This document shows, one piece after another, positions 8,831 to 19,703 of a DNA stretch of 64,000 nt. A model generated the notes under the pieces. The model worked only from the letters and a program-made list of their open reading frames with translations. It had not been told where the DNA came from and did not search any database. The DNA comes from a virus: positions 32,001 to 96,000 of IMG/VR virus record IMGVR_UViG_3300010883_028422; one strand, written 5' to 3'. Position 1 is the stretch's first letter. The number at the start of each line of letters is the position of its first letter. Made by a program: the position numbers and the translations under genes.

Positions 8831-10971
8831 TGGCAGCAAATAAAATTAAACAACTTATGACCCTCCTAGACTCTGATGCTGCGGGGTCCCTAGAGAAGGT
8901 TGCGGGATCCTTCGATAAGCTCACCAGAGGTCTTACGGGGTTTTCTGACGCCGCAAATGCAGGTAGTGATAATTATCAAGCATTACTAAATGGTTTAACT
9001 AAAATTGGAGCAGCGTTTGGTGAACTAGATGAGGTCACCAAAACGTTATTTGGAGGGACATCCAAACTTGCTGGTGCATTTGGGGGGCTGCTAAAGCCAC
9101 TTAAGCTTATAAGTCAGTCAGTCGGCGCTTTTGCGCAAATCCAAAGAATATTTGGCGAGATGACCGGAGCTTTAGATTCTTTATCTGCTGGAGTTAGGGA
9201 GAATTATTCTGAATTCCATGTTTTAACAAATTCATTTGGAGGGACATACAACGAGGCCAAGAGGCTTTCTGTTTTATTTACTGAAATTCAACAAAAATCT
9301 GGCTCAAAAGAATTTGGGTTTGTAAACAGGAAGGAGCTTTTGGACACCGCAAAAGCAATGGAGTCTAGCAATCTTCAGATTTCAAGAATGTCAGAAATAA
9401 TACCTTCTGCTGGGCGAAATATGGATTTGCTTACGACATCCGTATTGCAAGCAGACGCAATGAGTATGAGTATAACTGAGCATATGGGTCTTCTATCTAG
9501 TGCTATAATGAAGACAGGCTTAAGCTCAGATGAAGCGTTTAAGCAGCTTGCTGGATTTAAAGACGTTGCGGATAAGACTGGCCTTAGCACATCAACGATA
9601 GCTACAGCTCTTCAGTCTGCTGTATCTAATTTTCAACAACTTGGTTTATCAGCAGATTTTGCAAAGCCATTAATATTGGGATTTGCAGAAAGTCTTGGCG
9701 AGGTTGGGGTCGGTATAGAAAATGCCGTTGGATTGTCACAGGCGTTAGCAAAATCGCTAGGCTCTCTTGGCGAGGATTATGGCATGTCATATCTTGTTTC
9801 GCAATTAGGAGGCCTTGACTACGGGCAGGGTGGTAACGCATTATCTTCCGGAATAGGGATGCAAAAGGCAATGCTTGATGCAGAAACAACTGGTGATTTT
9901 GAATCGCTTGGCGCGGAGCTTGCCGGTGGAATGAAAACCATGCTTGAGGGCTTTGGCGGTGGTGAAATAGTTACCGTTACAGATGCAGCAAACGACCCAA
10001 CAAAAGCTTCTGCTTTTTATACGCAACAACAGCTCTTGTCGAGTCAATTCTCAATGAGTCAGTCTGAAGCAACAAGAACTTTGGAAATGCTTAAGGGTCT
10101 TGATTCTGCCGTAGCCTCTGGGGACACAGAGACTGCCAAGAAGCTAAGGGAGCAGATCGCGGATCAGAAGTCTGGTAGGAATGATACGATTTCTTTGATG
10201 GAAAAGCAGAATATTCATACGGCAGGGATATTTGCTCAAGCCCAAATGCAGACAAGAATGCAGGCGATGATGCTTAGGGATGAGGCCGGGGGCGAGATGC
10301 TCGCACAGATGAATGCAGAAGCTACCGAAATGGCTAATGAATATTTAAAGGCAACCGAGGGGGGATTGAAGCCAGAATATATAAAGAATGCTGCTGATGC
10401 TCTAAATCAGGCATTCCAGAAGAGTGATGCCTTCGCAGGCAAGGGCAAGGGTGCGGATGCAAGAGGTACATTTACTGAGACTGGAATTGAGTTAGTTGGA
10501 AGTGCTGTCGAGGAGGCTGTGCAATATAAGCCCGAAGATGTGAGAAAGGAATTCGAGGGCTTTTTTGATGATCTTAAGAAAGCAATTTGGGGCTCCGCTA
10601 CTTTAGTGGCAGGCTCTAATGTTGGCGCGGTGGTCTCCGGCAGCGGTGTGCCGATTGTTTTAGGCCCAGTTCCGGCGCCCGGCAGCGCCGGAGGAAGTGA
10701 TATACGTTTGAAAGAAGATATAACACATATTGGAGTTTCGGAGTCTGGGTTGAATATTTATACATTTAGATATATTGGAGGCGGCATACTTTATCAAGGA
10801 GTTATGGCTCAAGAGCTGCTTGTGTCAAACCCAGAGGCAGTTCTTGTTGGTGATAATGGATATTACATGGTTGACTATAGCCTTATTGATGTTGATTTCT
10901 TCCCGGTTGAAATAAATAATATTTTACTAGAAAACAATAGTACATTAGGATATACAAATGCAAGGATATAG
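8830..10971 (+). CDS. Tape measure protein with C-terminal Peptidase_S74-like chaperone domain
   Basis: Position after the chaperones. Ala/Gly/Leu/Ser-rich helical body. C-terminal SDIRLKEDI...YTFRY...GVMAQELL...PEAV...GYYMVDY. Confidence 0.75.
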   Translation: MAANKIKQLMTLLDSDAAGSLEKVAGSFDKLTRGLTGFSDAANAGSDNYQALLNGLTKIGAAFGELDEVTKTLFGGTSKLAGAFGGLLKPLKLISQSVGAFAQIQRIFGEMTGALDSLSAGVRENYSEFHVLTNSFGGTYNEAKRLSVLFTEIQQKSGSKEFGFVNRKELLDTAKAMESSNLQISRMSEIIPSAGRNMDLLTTSVLQADAMSMSITEHMGLLSSAIMKTGLSSDEAFKQLAGFKDVADKTGLSTSTIATALQSAVSNFQQLGLSADFAKPLILGFAESLGEVGVGIENAVGLSQALAKSLGSLGEDYGMSYLVSQLGGLDYGQGGNALSSGIGMQKAMLDAETTGDFESLGAELAGGMKTMLEGFGGGEIVTVTDAANDPTKASAFYTQQQLLSSQFSMSQSEATRTLEMLKGLDSAVASGDTETAKKLREQIADQKSGRNDTISLMEKQNIHTAGIFAQAQMQTRMQAMMLRDEAGGEMLAQMNAEATEMANEYLKATEGGLKPEYIKNAADALNQAFQKSDAFAGKGKGADARGTFTETGIELVGSAVEEAVQYKPEDVRKEFEGFFDDLKKAIWGSATLVAGSNVGAVVSGSGVPIVLGPVPAPGSAGGSDIRLKEDITHIGVSESGLNIYTFRYIGGGILYQGVMAQELLVSNPEAVLVGDNGYYMVDYSLIDVDFFPVEINNILLENNSTLGYTNARI

Positions 10972-11914
10972 AAAGACATTAAAGTTTTTAGTTCCAAGGA
11001 ACAAAAATGCTATTGGAAATTTCTCACTAGAAAATAGAGATATTGTTCCTATTTATATAAATCCACAGTCTATTAACATACGTGAAAGAAAGATTATAAA
11101 TAAACAACTAACCAAGGGCGGATATGTGATCCAGTATTGGGGAGAGGAGCTTCCGGTTATGTCTGTAAATGGAACAACTGGCTCCTCGGGTGTTGAGGGT
11201 ATCAACTTATTAAGAGATGTATATAGAAATGAGCAAATTGCAGTTAGAAGACAGCTTTTGGAAAAAATGGAAAATCAAACAGAGTCGATGATTGGCAATT
11301 TAACAGGACTTGCAGAGATTGGATCTAAAGCAACAAGTTTTTGGGGCGGCTTAAGCAGCGCATTTGATAATGGTGGCTTTACAGATTTGATTGGCTCACA
11401 ATGGCTTGCTGGGTCAAAAAGCGTTGTTGATTCCTGGGTTAGTGCGTTTCAAGGCACTGCTGATGATGCTGTCCAAAGAACTGTTTTGAACCCATCTCTT
11501 GGCGCATTTGCAGTAAGTATGGATGTTTATTTTCAAGCCGAAAGGTTTCGTGGATATTTTTCAAATTTTAGCTCAAGTGAAAGAGCGGGCACGCCTGGAT
11601 TATTTGAATATAATTTTGAATTTATAATAACAAAAAGAATGGGCAAGAGAAATAACTTTATGCCATGGCATAGAAGCCCCGTTGACGCAACCGGAGACCC
11701 AATACCAGCGTCAATACCTGCCGGAAAGCAGGTTGGAGGCATCGACCATGGCTTATCATATCCTCCAACATATGATTCTACTGCTATTGTCAGGTTCGAT
11801 CCAAATCCTGATAGCTTAGTGACCGAAGGTGCTTTTGCTGGAGAGTCGATACCTGATGCTGCTGAGGTTGAGGTTGCTATTGATAGACGCAGTAGTATAA
11901 CAGAAGGAGATTAA
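10958..11914 (+). CDS. Putative baseplate/tube-initiator protein
   Basis: Follows the tape measure. YINPQSINIRERK...QYWGEELPVMSVNGTTG resembles tube-initiator-like baseplate proteins. Confidence 0.5.
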   Translation: MQGYRKTLKFLVPRNKNAIGNFSLENRDIVPIYINPQSINIRERKIINKQLTKGGYVIQYWGEELPVMSVNGTTGSSGVEGINLLRDVYRNEQIAVRRQLLEKMENQTESMIGNLTGLAEIGSKATSFWGGLSSAFDNGGFTDLIGSQWLAGSKSVVDSWVSAFQGTADDAVQRTVLNPSLGAFAVSMDVYFQAERFRGYFSNFSSSERAGTPGLFEYNFEFIITKRMGKRNNFMPWHRSPVDATGDPIPASIPAGKQVGGIDHGLSYPPTYDSTAIVRFDPNPDSLVTEGAFAGESIPDAAEVEVAIDRRSSITEGD

Positions 11915-11916
11915 TT

Positions 11917-14900
11917 ATGGCAATATCAGACCCTTCCGCAATGTCAGGCGGGATTGCAGACCGTCTCGCTGCAGGCTTAGAGCAGTATTCCGACTATGTT
12001 ACGTCAAATGAAGGAGAGACTAGCTATGAGGAGGTAGGGCAAGAGGTCCAAAAGATCATAAGTGAGAAGACAAATAGGGTTGATTTGGTTGAAGATGGCG
12101 TATCAACATATTTGAATCAAAATAGATCTGAATCGATTAGACCTAATACTAGAAATATAGTCAGTATGGCTCCAGAAGCTGTAATTTTAATAAAGAAAAA
12201 AGCCTTTTCTGCGTTAAAATCAACAAACGACTTACAATGGATGGATAAAACTGAAAAGTTTTTACTTAGAGCTACCAAGACGCTCTTTGCTTACAAGGTA
12301 ACTCAAATAAGAGCGTACGAGGCTTTGACCAAGCTGGATGACTATTATGAAAAGAATAGGTCTGTAAATTTATTATTATTTTCAGAGTTTCTTTTCAACA
12401 TGAAGATGCTGGCGTTACCCGAAAGTACAAATGACCAGCAGTCTAATTATCTTATTGAACAGTTTACGCTTAGGTACGGGCCATCTGAGGCTTGGAGTGC
12501 TGCTCAGCGTGATGAGTTTCAGAGAGAGATAGGCGCTATAAGTGAGAGTCAGCTTAGCCTTTCTATTGATGGGCGAATAGACCTGCTTGTATCAAATGTA
12601 AGAAGAAATATGGGCGATATAGACTATGGCGCGATGGATGTATCTGAGTTTGCGGCCATAACTAGTATATTAAAAAGAAACGCATTTGGAGCGGACTCTG
12701 GCCTCACAACATGGATTGTTGACCCAAGCAATACCGATAATTTTACTACCGGGCCTGGAACTGGAGTTATTGAGCTAACGCTTTTTAATTCATTTTCTAC
12801 AAACTGCTCAAATACGCCAACTCCAAGCCAAACTTCTTTTACAATAGAAGATCCATACAGAATTACAGACATTATAGAGGATGACATAGAGATAGCTATA
12901 AATGAGGCCCTAAGCGGCTCTATAGGGATACTCAGTGCTATGAGTGGGCAAAGCGGCGTCATGGCTAGTCAAAAGTCAAGCGTGCCCCTTATAGACGGCT
13001 CTATGATTGGCTCATCTATGCTTGAGGTTATGGGGCTCGGAAGTATGGATGACACCCTTGATATAGATTACGTGAGAGATAGGCTTAGAACTTTTTATCT
13101 AGGAAGGCCATTTATAAATGCCGCAGATAGTGTAAATATTTTTATTCGTGGTAATAGAATGACTGATGATTATTCTAATTCTGGTGCAGCGCTAAATTCA
13201 CTATCTGTTATGGATAGTTCAGAGTTTGCAGTTGACGAAGTAATGCTTAAAGCAGAAAAGAAATTATATGCAGGAAATGTGAACGAAGATGTTCTTGATT
13301 TAGATGCATATATAAGAATGAGGGACAAGTCCTCTTTGTCAATGGTGCATGTTTTTGGTGGATTTGTTACAAATACATCTTCTTCATTTAATGGAGGCAA
13401 AAACACTGTTACCGTTAATTGTGTTGACAATATGGAGTGGCTAAAGTGGTCCAGGGTGATAGGTCAGCCAGCATTAAATGATCCGCAGGGTTTGCTCGAA
13501 GATCCCGTCACTCCTTTTGATATAAAAACAGATGCTTCTGGGTCAATGGTTTTTGAAGACGCACCAGAGCTTTTATATGAAAATAAAATTTTAATTGGAA
13601 CTGGGCTTTTGACATATAATTCTGGTATTTTAAATGGGCAATTTGCATCAGAAGGAAATATAGTACAGGGTCAATATAATCTTGGCGGTTCACTTTTTGG
13701 TGCTATGAAAGTGCAGGCTCCAAGTGGATTTGTTTATAGGTGGAAGAGTGGAATAGTCACTGCAACCGCAGGTCTTACATCGAATAATCCTATGTTTAAT
13801 GACTGGAGTAATATCAGTCAATATACCGAGGGGTATGGTGTTTCGATAGGTGATGATGTATTTAATAACTTAGATACTGCAAATATATTGAGCATGTTAA
13901 TTGTTGGTCAGCCATACAATGTTGATTCGTTTATACGTCAAGCATATGAGATACAGGGTATATCTGGAACAAATGCTTCGACTCTTAGTTCTTTAGACCC
14001 GCTTTTTTCTGTTCTTAATGCGACTAGAAAGCAAAATTTAAAATTTGGAAACTTTAAGCCATACCGAGTTATAACATTAAGTGCCAGTTCCGCAGAAAGA
14101 CTTGCTTCAGATAGTGTATTAAAAACTCAAACAAATACTAAGATAGAGCAACTTCAGAAGAGAAAGGCTGAGCTTAGCAGCATGATAAGGCAGCTAAATT
14201 CAAAAAGCACTAGTGGTGCATCTAAAAGCTCCTCGATTACATCATCTTTATTTTCAGAAATAAAGTCCATTGATGCTGGAATACAAGAGCAGCTTGCAAG
14301 AGCAAATATGGATAATAACAGCTTAAATAACGCTGGATTCGATACTAGTTTTAATTTATTTGGTGAAACTCAAGATATGGCAAATTCTGGTAATTACGAA
14401 GCTGATCAGAATATATCTAGAGCAATGACGCAAGTCGGCGCACAAAGAAGGGTTGATGACGTTAGGATGAATAATGATCAAAATCTTTTTATGATATCTG
14501 ATCAATATGATAGCAACACCGAGATAAAGCAGTATATTTTTCAGCTAAAAAAGGGCGGTTGGAATTTATTTAGTGGACAATTCTATACCTCATATGAGAA
14601 GTGTGTAGAGGCATCGGCTATAATTGATTTAGAATTCTTTTGTAATACAGCTGGGCATTTGGAACTCAGACCTCCACAGTGGAATAGAACCCCGCTTAGT
14701 GTGTTAAAAGATTATCTTGAATTATCAAAATCAGAAAATAAAAATATTATTCCTGAGTTTTTACAAAATTTATTTCAAACCAGAATACAATCTTTGAGAA
14801 GAGAGGTTCATGGTTTAAATGTAAAAATTGCGCTAACATCATTGTTGCTGGGCTTTTTCCCAGATAAATCAATAATTCCTGGTGTACCAATTAGTGGTCC

Positions 14901-17193
14901 AGACTCATTAAAGTTTTTTGGAATTTTAGTAGAAGACACGGGCTCCTCCTCTGGCGGCTCTTTTGACGGGGTTAATGCTTCGTTATATACAGAACGTCAG
15001 GGGTTTGGCGATAAGGTTCTTGGTGCATTAACAAAGGGTGCGAATCTTATAGATGCGGGAAATGACAGCGGTACCCTTGGATTTTCTATGGATATTAATG
15101 GTGGAGAGCCAGAGGGCGATATACTTCTTGGTGATACAGAGACTTTAATTGGTGATTTTGATCCAATATCTCAAGAAGTTATGTCTATATCGGGTGGTGG
15201 AAGGAATATAATAGGTGAGTTGTTTCCGACAAAATTAGTAAGCGGGCCACCAGACAATGTGAGCACCGGAGGAATGTTCGGGTCCTCATCTAAGGTGAAC
15301 GTTGTTGCGGTAGCAAGAATATCTGTAGTGGAGGGTATACGAAGATCATTTAAGAAGCTATCTGGAATAGACCCATTGTCGAGTTTTGCGAGCGGAAGAT
15401 CTATTGGGCCGGATGATTTTGCATCTGGAAATACCGCAATACCTGTTGATAGATTGTCTTCTTCAATTACAAATTCTATGAAGGCTCAAAATCAAATGAA
15501 TGAGTCTATACAGGTGACTAAAAAGTTTGAACTACTAAAGGTTCTCGAGAATGCAATTTCTGGCAGAGATAGTAAGGTTTCCACGTTAAAAAGAAATATT
15601 GCAAAACAAGAAGAGCTGGAGGAGGTCGAAAGGGCTCTTTCTAGCGGATACGAGGACCCATTTGACCAGATGCTTGAGCAGGCAGATGACCCAGATGCCC
15701 TTATTACAAACGAAAGTGGATGGCTCAATGTGGCAAAGGGCATATATGATGTAACAAAGCAGTCCATAGATATATTGACGGGTGACGCAACAGAATCAAC
15801 TTTGTGGGATCACTTGATTATAGATGATACGAGGAACTACCTTGGACCGGGGTCTGGGAAGAGATTTGTTATAAAAAATCATAATATTATACGTGCAGAT
15901 TTCAAAGAAAGACCTCCGGATTTTACAAGGATAAACGTTGTTGGTGATGCTCCAATTTATGGTGATGCATACAGAAAGTCGTTTCAGGGTGTTGCATTTT
16001 GGTGCGGAGCAACTGACTTTGATCTATGGCGACAGTACGGATACAAGCAAGGCGGAGATGTTAAGCTTAATTTTGCCAGCAACGCAGAGCTTCAATGTAA
16101 GCCGTATGCTCTTATGCAGCTTCAAATGCAGCGAGCAAAAATAAACTCTGGTTCAATAACTTTGGTTGGAAACGAATATTATCAGCCGGGAGATGTTATT
16201 TATGTTCAATATAAAAACTTACTCTACTATGTTACCCAGGTAAATCACTCCTTTCAGATGGGTGGTTCGTTTACCACAACGCTTGCGCTAACAAATGGCC
16301 ATCCAGTTGGAACATATTTGCCAAGCCCATTTGATATAATAGGACAACAATTTGTTGGGAATCCATTGCATGAAAATATATTAGTTCATAAAAATGTAAC
16401 AGGTGATGATGGCTATATTCCATTGCAGCCAGATTGCGCTATTATATTTCCCAGCAACACGGGGTCGGGAGAGGGCGATAATAAAATAACTGGAGATAAT
16501 TTAAGTACATTGTTAGATTATCAGAATAATCAGCAGAGATATTATAATATGATGTTGGATCTATCATCAAAAAGTGTTATGACGGACGATACGTATGTTG
16601 TGATAAGAGGGTTTGTTAATAATAATACGGCAAAGGCAGAGGTCCAGGATAGAATGAAGATTATGCGGGACTTGTTGGTAGACCCCGTGCAGATAACACA
16701 GGGTCAGTTCTCTTCGATGGGCGGAGATGATACTCTTGATCTTCTTAGGAGTATGGGCGGCGGTGCAAAAAATAGTACAAAAGGTATTGTCACAATGATA
16801 CTTCCAAACGGCTCTTTGGCTCGCTCTGTACCTGAAGATAAAATAATAATGCAGACCGTTAATTTATCAGGAGGAAATAAAACTGTTCAATATGATATAG
16901 AGTGTATGAACAGGGGTATATTCAATAGATATGAAATTGAGCAAGGAAACGTTTCTAGCTCTGCAGTATCAGATATATCGTCTGACTCCAGAGGTATGTT
17001 TTCATCCAGCTCCTTTTGGCTTAGTGAGGATGAAGAGAAGAATATAAAAGAAGCAACTATAAAGGAGTCAAAGAACAAATTTCCAAATGGTGGCCCAAGT
17101 CAAGGTACATGGCTTCATTTTAGGGATGCGCTTGCCGATGGTGATAACGCGGCAGTGCATAGAGTCATAGAGGTTGGAATTATAAACTTATAA
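11917..17193 (+). CDS. Baseplate hub protein (gp27/gpD-like), greatly enlarged
   Basis: SGSITLVGNEYYQPGDVIYV...YYVTQVNHSFQMGGSFTTTLAL is the hallmark C-terminal barrel of hub proteins. VHVFGGFVT...TVTVNCVDNMEWL resembles the N-terminal barrel. Confidence 0.7.
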   Translation: MAISDPSAMSGGIADRLAAGLEQYSDYVTSNEGETSYEEVGQEVQKIISEKTNRVDLVEDGVSTYLNQNRSESIRPNTRNIVSMAPEAVILIKKKAFSALKSTNDLQWMDKTEKFLLRATKTLFAYKVTQIRAYEALTKLDDYYEKNRSVNLLLFSEFLFNMKMLALPESTNDQQSNYLIEQFTLRYGPSEAWSAAQRDEFQREIGAISESQLSLSIDGRIDLLVSNVRRNMGDIDYGAMDVSEFAAITSILKRNAFGADSGLTTWIVDPSNTDNFTTGPGTGVIELTLFNSFSTNCSNTPTPSQTSFTIEDPYRITDIIEDDIEIAINEALSGSIGILSAMSGQSGVMASQKSSVPLIDGSMIGSSMLEVMGLGSMDDTLDIDYVRDRLRTFYLGRPFINAADSVNIFIRGNRMTDDYSNSGAALNSLSVMDSSEFAVDEVMLKAEKKLYAGNVNEDVLDLDAYIRMRDKSSLSMVHVFGGFVTNTSSSFNGGKNTVTVNCVDNMEWLKWSRVIGQPALNDPQGLLEDPVTPFDIKTDASGSMVFEDAPELLYENKILIGTGLLTYNSGILNGQFASEGNIVQGQYNLGGSLFGAMKVQAPSGFVYRWKSGIVTATAGLTSNNPMFNDWSNISQYTEGYGVSIGDDVFNNLDTANILSMLIVGQPYNVDSFIRQAYEIQGISGTNASTLSSLDPLFSVLNATRKQNLKFGNFKPYRVITLSASSAERLASDSVLKTQTNTKIEQLQKRKAELSSMIRQLNSKSTSGASKSSSITSSLFSEIKSIDAGIQEQLARANMDNNSLNNAGFDTSFNLFGETQDMANSGNYEADQNISRAMTQVGAQRRVDDVRMNNDQNLFMISDQYDSNTEIKQYIFQLKKGGWNLFSGQFYTSYEKCVEASAIIDLEFFCNTAGHLELRPPQWNRTPLSVLKDYLELSKSENKNIIPEFLQNLFQTRIQSLRREVHGLNVKIALTSLLLGFFPDKSIIPGVPISGPDSLKFFGILVEDTGSSSGGSFDGVNASLYTERQGFGDKVLGALTKGANLIDAGNDSGTLGFSMDINGGEPEGDILLGDTETLIGDFDPISQEVMSISGGGRNIIGELFPTKLVSGPPDNVSTGGMFGSSSKVNVVAVARISVVEGIRRSFKKLSGIDPLSSFASGRSIGPDDFASGNTAIPVDRLSSSITNSMKAQNQMNESIQVTKKFELLKVLENAISGRDSKVSTLKRNIAKQEELEEVERALSSGYEDPFDQMLEQADDPDALITNESGWLNVAKGIYDVTKQSIDILTGDATESTLWDHLIIDDTRNYLGPGSGKRFVIKNHNIIRADFKERPPDFTRINVVGDAPIYGDAYRKSFQGVAFWCGATDFDLWRQYGYKQGGDVKLNFASNAELQCKPYALMQLQMQRAKINSGSITLVGNEYYQPGDVIYVQYKNLLYYVTQVNHSFQMGGSFTTTLALTNGHPVGTYLPSPFDIIGQQFVGNPLHENILVHKNVTGDDGYIPLQPDCAIIFPSNTGSGEGDNKITGDNLSTLLDYQNNQQRYYNMMLDLSSKSVMTDDTYVVIRGFVNNNTAKAEVQDRMKIMRDLLVDPVQITQGQFSSMGGDDTLDLLRSMGGGAKNSTKGIVTMILPNGSLARSVPEDKIIMQTVNLSGGNKTVQYDIECMNRGIFNRYEIEQGNVSSSAVSDISSDSRGMFSSSSFWLSEDEEKNIKEATIKESKNKFPNGGPSQGTWLHFRDALADGDNAAVHRVIEVGIINL

Positions 17194-17291
17194 TGCTATT
17201 AAATAACTTACTATTTTAATACCTATTTGGTAACATAGTAAGATAGACAATTGTCTTATGAAAATCATTTATTATTTTTATTGGTTTAGGT

Positions 17292-19703
17292 ATGATTGGC
17301 GAATTTTTTGAAGCAAAAATAGTTAAGGTTGGTAAGAGGGGTAGGAAGGCTGGCACCTGCACCTTGGTCTCCATTGTTAATGGAGAGGCTGGCAAGACGA
17401 TTGATGATGTCCCACTTCCACAGCAGTCGGGCAACTCTCACGTTGGAACGTTTGTTGACTATCCAAAGGGAACTAGAGTCCTTGCGTTTTTTGCCCCGTC
17501 TGTAACTAGGCATTCAGTCACAATATTGAATGTATTTTCCGAATCGCATCTTCCTGGAGATGGCACCCTAGATCCGATGGACATGGATGCAAACATTCTT
17601 AGCAATCCAAGAATGGGCGATTCTGTTTCGTCTCCAGACGCCATAATGAGAGGTTCCGCAGGCTCAGATGTTGGAGTTTATAAATCAGGGGATGTAAGGC
17701 TATCTACGAGCAGGGGGAGCGGTCTTTTCCTGAGAAGGCGAAATTGGGGTGATAGCATGTACCTGTCATCTCATATTATGATAGGTCATAGCAACTCTCA
17801 TAGCTCTGTATATGGAAACGTGATAAGGGTTTTTGGAGAAGATAGAGCTGCTCATCAGCCAGGAGAGTTTTATCAAAACGATCTTAAATGTGACTTTAAT
17901 CAAGATAATCCATCGGGAATGCATGAAGTTGGGATGTTCCCATTAAGCAAGTCTTGTGACACAAAAGGTGTTATGGATTATGAGAGAAACCCTAGAAGGG
18001 CCGAATATGTTTTAAAGATAAAAGAGTATGCTGAGCAATCTGTATTTAGGGGCTTTGATAGCGAAGTTAAAATGCAGAGTGGTGATTCGAGCATAGTTGA
18101 TAATGCCCATACTCACTCCAGGGATCTTAGCACCACAAATAGGCTGCATATGCCGGAAAATGAGCTAATAGAAATAATAGCGGGAAATCTTGTTGATATA
18201 AATGGAAATATATTAGATATAAATTATAACAATGTTGTTCTTGGCGATATAAATGGCGCATATCCAAGGGGTGACAACAGGCCACTAGAAGAGATCATAG
18301 GCGTTGATAGCATGTTAAAAAGCAGGCGTGAGATAGGATATCATTTTCAATTATCTACAAATGTTTTATCAACACATTCAAGCACAAATACAACAAATTT
18401 TACATTAGATATAGATAAAGAGGGCGTTTTAAAAATTAACGTTCCAAAGTCATCAAGCACTGGTAATGTTCCGTTTGTCTCTACGGCAGACTACCTGGGT
18501 CCAGGCGATAGCGTTCGGGTAACGTATGATAATCCAAGCAAGAGTGAGCCCGTACCCATAACCCTGTGGAGTGATATTCTTAAGACAAATGATACAGATG
18601 ATGATGGCACAGTAGACAAAGATGTTCAAACTATCGGTGGAGTCTTCAGAAAGCCTCTGCTGCCCAGAGCAAAGACTCTTATTAAAAGAGATACTGGAGT
18701 TGAGTATCAAAATCCTGATGAAAATCAATATTTTCCACCAACAAATAGTGGCGCAACAAAGTCTAGAATTAGGGTTAATACAACAAAATATCATAATATG
18801 TATGCGGCAGCGGAAAGAGCTATAGCCAATAGAATTGCGACAATCGAAATGCATAGAATAGGAAATAAAAGCCTGGTGAAGAGCAGCCCGTATGGGAAGC
18901 AATTTGAGGTGCTTCCTCTAACGAAATTTAACAAGGATGAGCAGCTTGACCCCCCATATCCTTACGATAGAAGCGTTGTAACTGTAAATCCCGGCTTTCC
19001 GGCCATAAACCCGGGAGGCAAAGATTGCGTTGTCGCCGGGAGTGAAGTTACTGAGTGGGAGACGTATTCTAATAGTTATACAACAACTACAGACAAGGAT
19101 GGCCCAAGGCCGGAGCAGGCTGCCAAAGGTGATGGATTTTCTAAAACATTAGATCCTGGTGGTAAAAGTGCAAATATAAACTTTGAAGGCAGCATTGAAA
19201 TGTCTGTTGGAGAAGACAATTATGATGCAAAAAGCATTGTTTTAGATACGGCAGGCTCTCTTATTGCGTGGCTTGGTAAAGATCGCGCGGGAAGGAGCGC
19301 TGTTTTACAGACAGATGGGGAGGTTGTAATTAATATCGGAGGAAGTTACGGAGACCCTGGAAATTCTATGGAATTCACAAAAATAAGTGATAGAAAGCAG
19401 TTTGAAAGTGGGTTTAATCCAGGAAGGCTTGATATAAAAGTTAATGTCGGAGATAAAGGATTTGTCGGAACATCCGGATCTAGTGTTGATGGCTCGAATG
19501 TTTATAGAACTGGAGACTATACTATATCAATAAGCGATAAGGGGCTGGTTATCGCCGGGTGCAACACTGGTGCGCCAATGATTATAAGAAATGATGGAAA
19601 TATAAGTATAGAGGCGACAAACAAGCTTAAGCTTTATGGTGGACACTCAATAGAGCTTATTGATGGAAAGCAGAAGCCAAAGACTCTTAAGGTGGACCAC
19701 TAA
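17292..19703 (+). CDS. Central spike protein (gp5/gpV-like, N-terminal OB fold)
   Basis: Follows the hub. EAKIVKV...DDVPLP...VDYPKGTRVLAFF is OB-fold-like, and the C-terminal part is Gly/Ser/Asp-rich short strands. Confidence 0.6.
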   Translation: MIGEFFEAKIVKVGKRGRKAGTCTLVSIVNGEAGKTIDDVPLPQQSGNSHVGTFVDYPKGTRVLAFFAPSVTRHSVTILNVFSESHLPGDGTLDPMDMDANILSNPRMGDSVSSPDAIMRGSAGSDVGVYKSGDVRLSTSRGSGLFLRRRNWGDSMYLSSHIMIGHSNSHSSVYGNVIRVFGEDRAAHQPGEFYQNDLKCDFNQDNPSGMHEVGMFPLSKSCDTKGVMDYERNPRRAEYVLKIKEYAEQSVFRGFDSEVKMQSGDSSIVDNAHTHSRDLSTTNRLHMPENELIEIIAGNLVDINGNILDINYNNVVLGDINGAYPRGDNRPLEEIIGVDSMLKSRREIGYHFQLSTNVLSTHSSTNTTNFTLDIDKEGVLKINVPKSSSTGNVPFVSTADYLGPGDSVRVTYDNPSKSEPVPITLWSDILKTNDTDDDGTVDKDVQTIGGVFRKPLLPRAKTLIKRDTGVEYQNPDENQYFPPTNSGATKSRIRVNTTKYHNMYAAAERAIANRIATIEMHRIGNKSLVKSSPYGKQFEVLPLTKFNKDEQLDPPYPYDRSVVTVNPGFPAINPGGKDCVVAGSEVTEWETYSNSYTTTTDKDGPRPEQAAKGDGFSKTLDPGGKSANINFEGSIEMSVGEDNYDAKSIVLDTAGSLIAWLGKDRAGRSAVLQTDGEVVINIGGSYGDPGNSMEFTKISDRKQFESGFNPGRLDIKVNVGDKGFVGTSGSSVDGSNVYRTGDYTISISDKGLVIAGCNTGAPMIIRNDGNISIEATNKLKLYGGHSIELIDGKQKPKTLKVDH

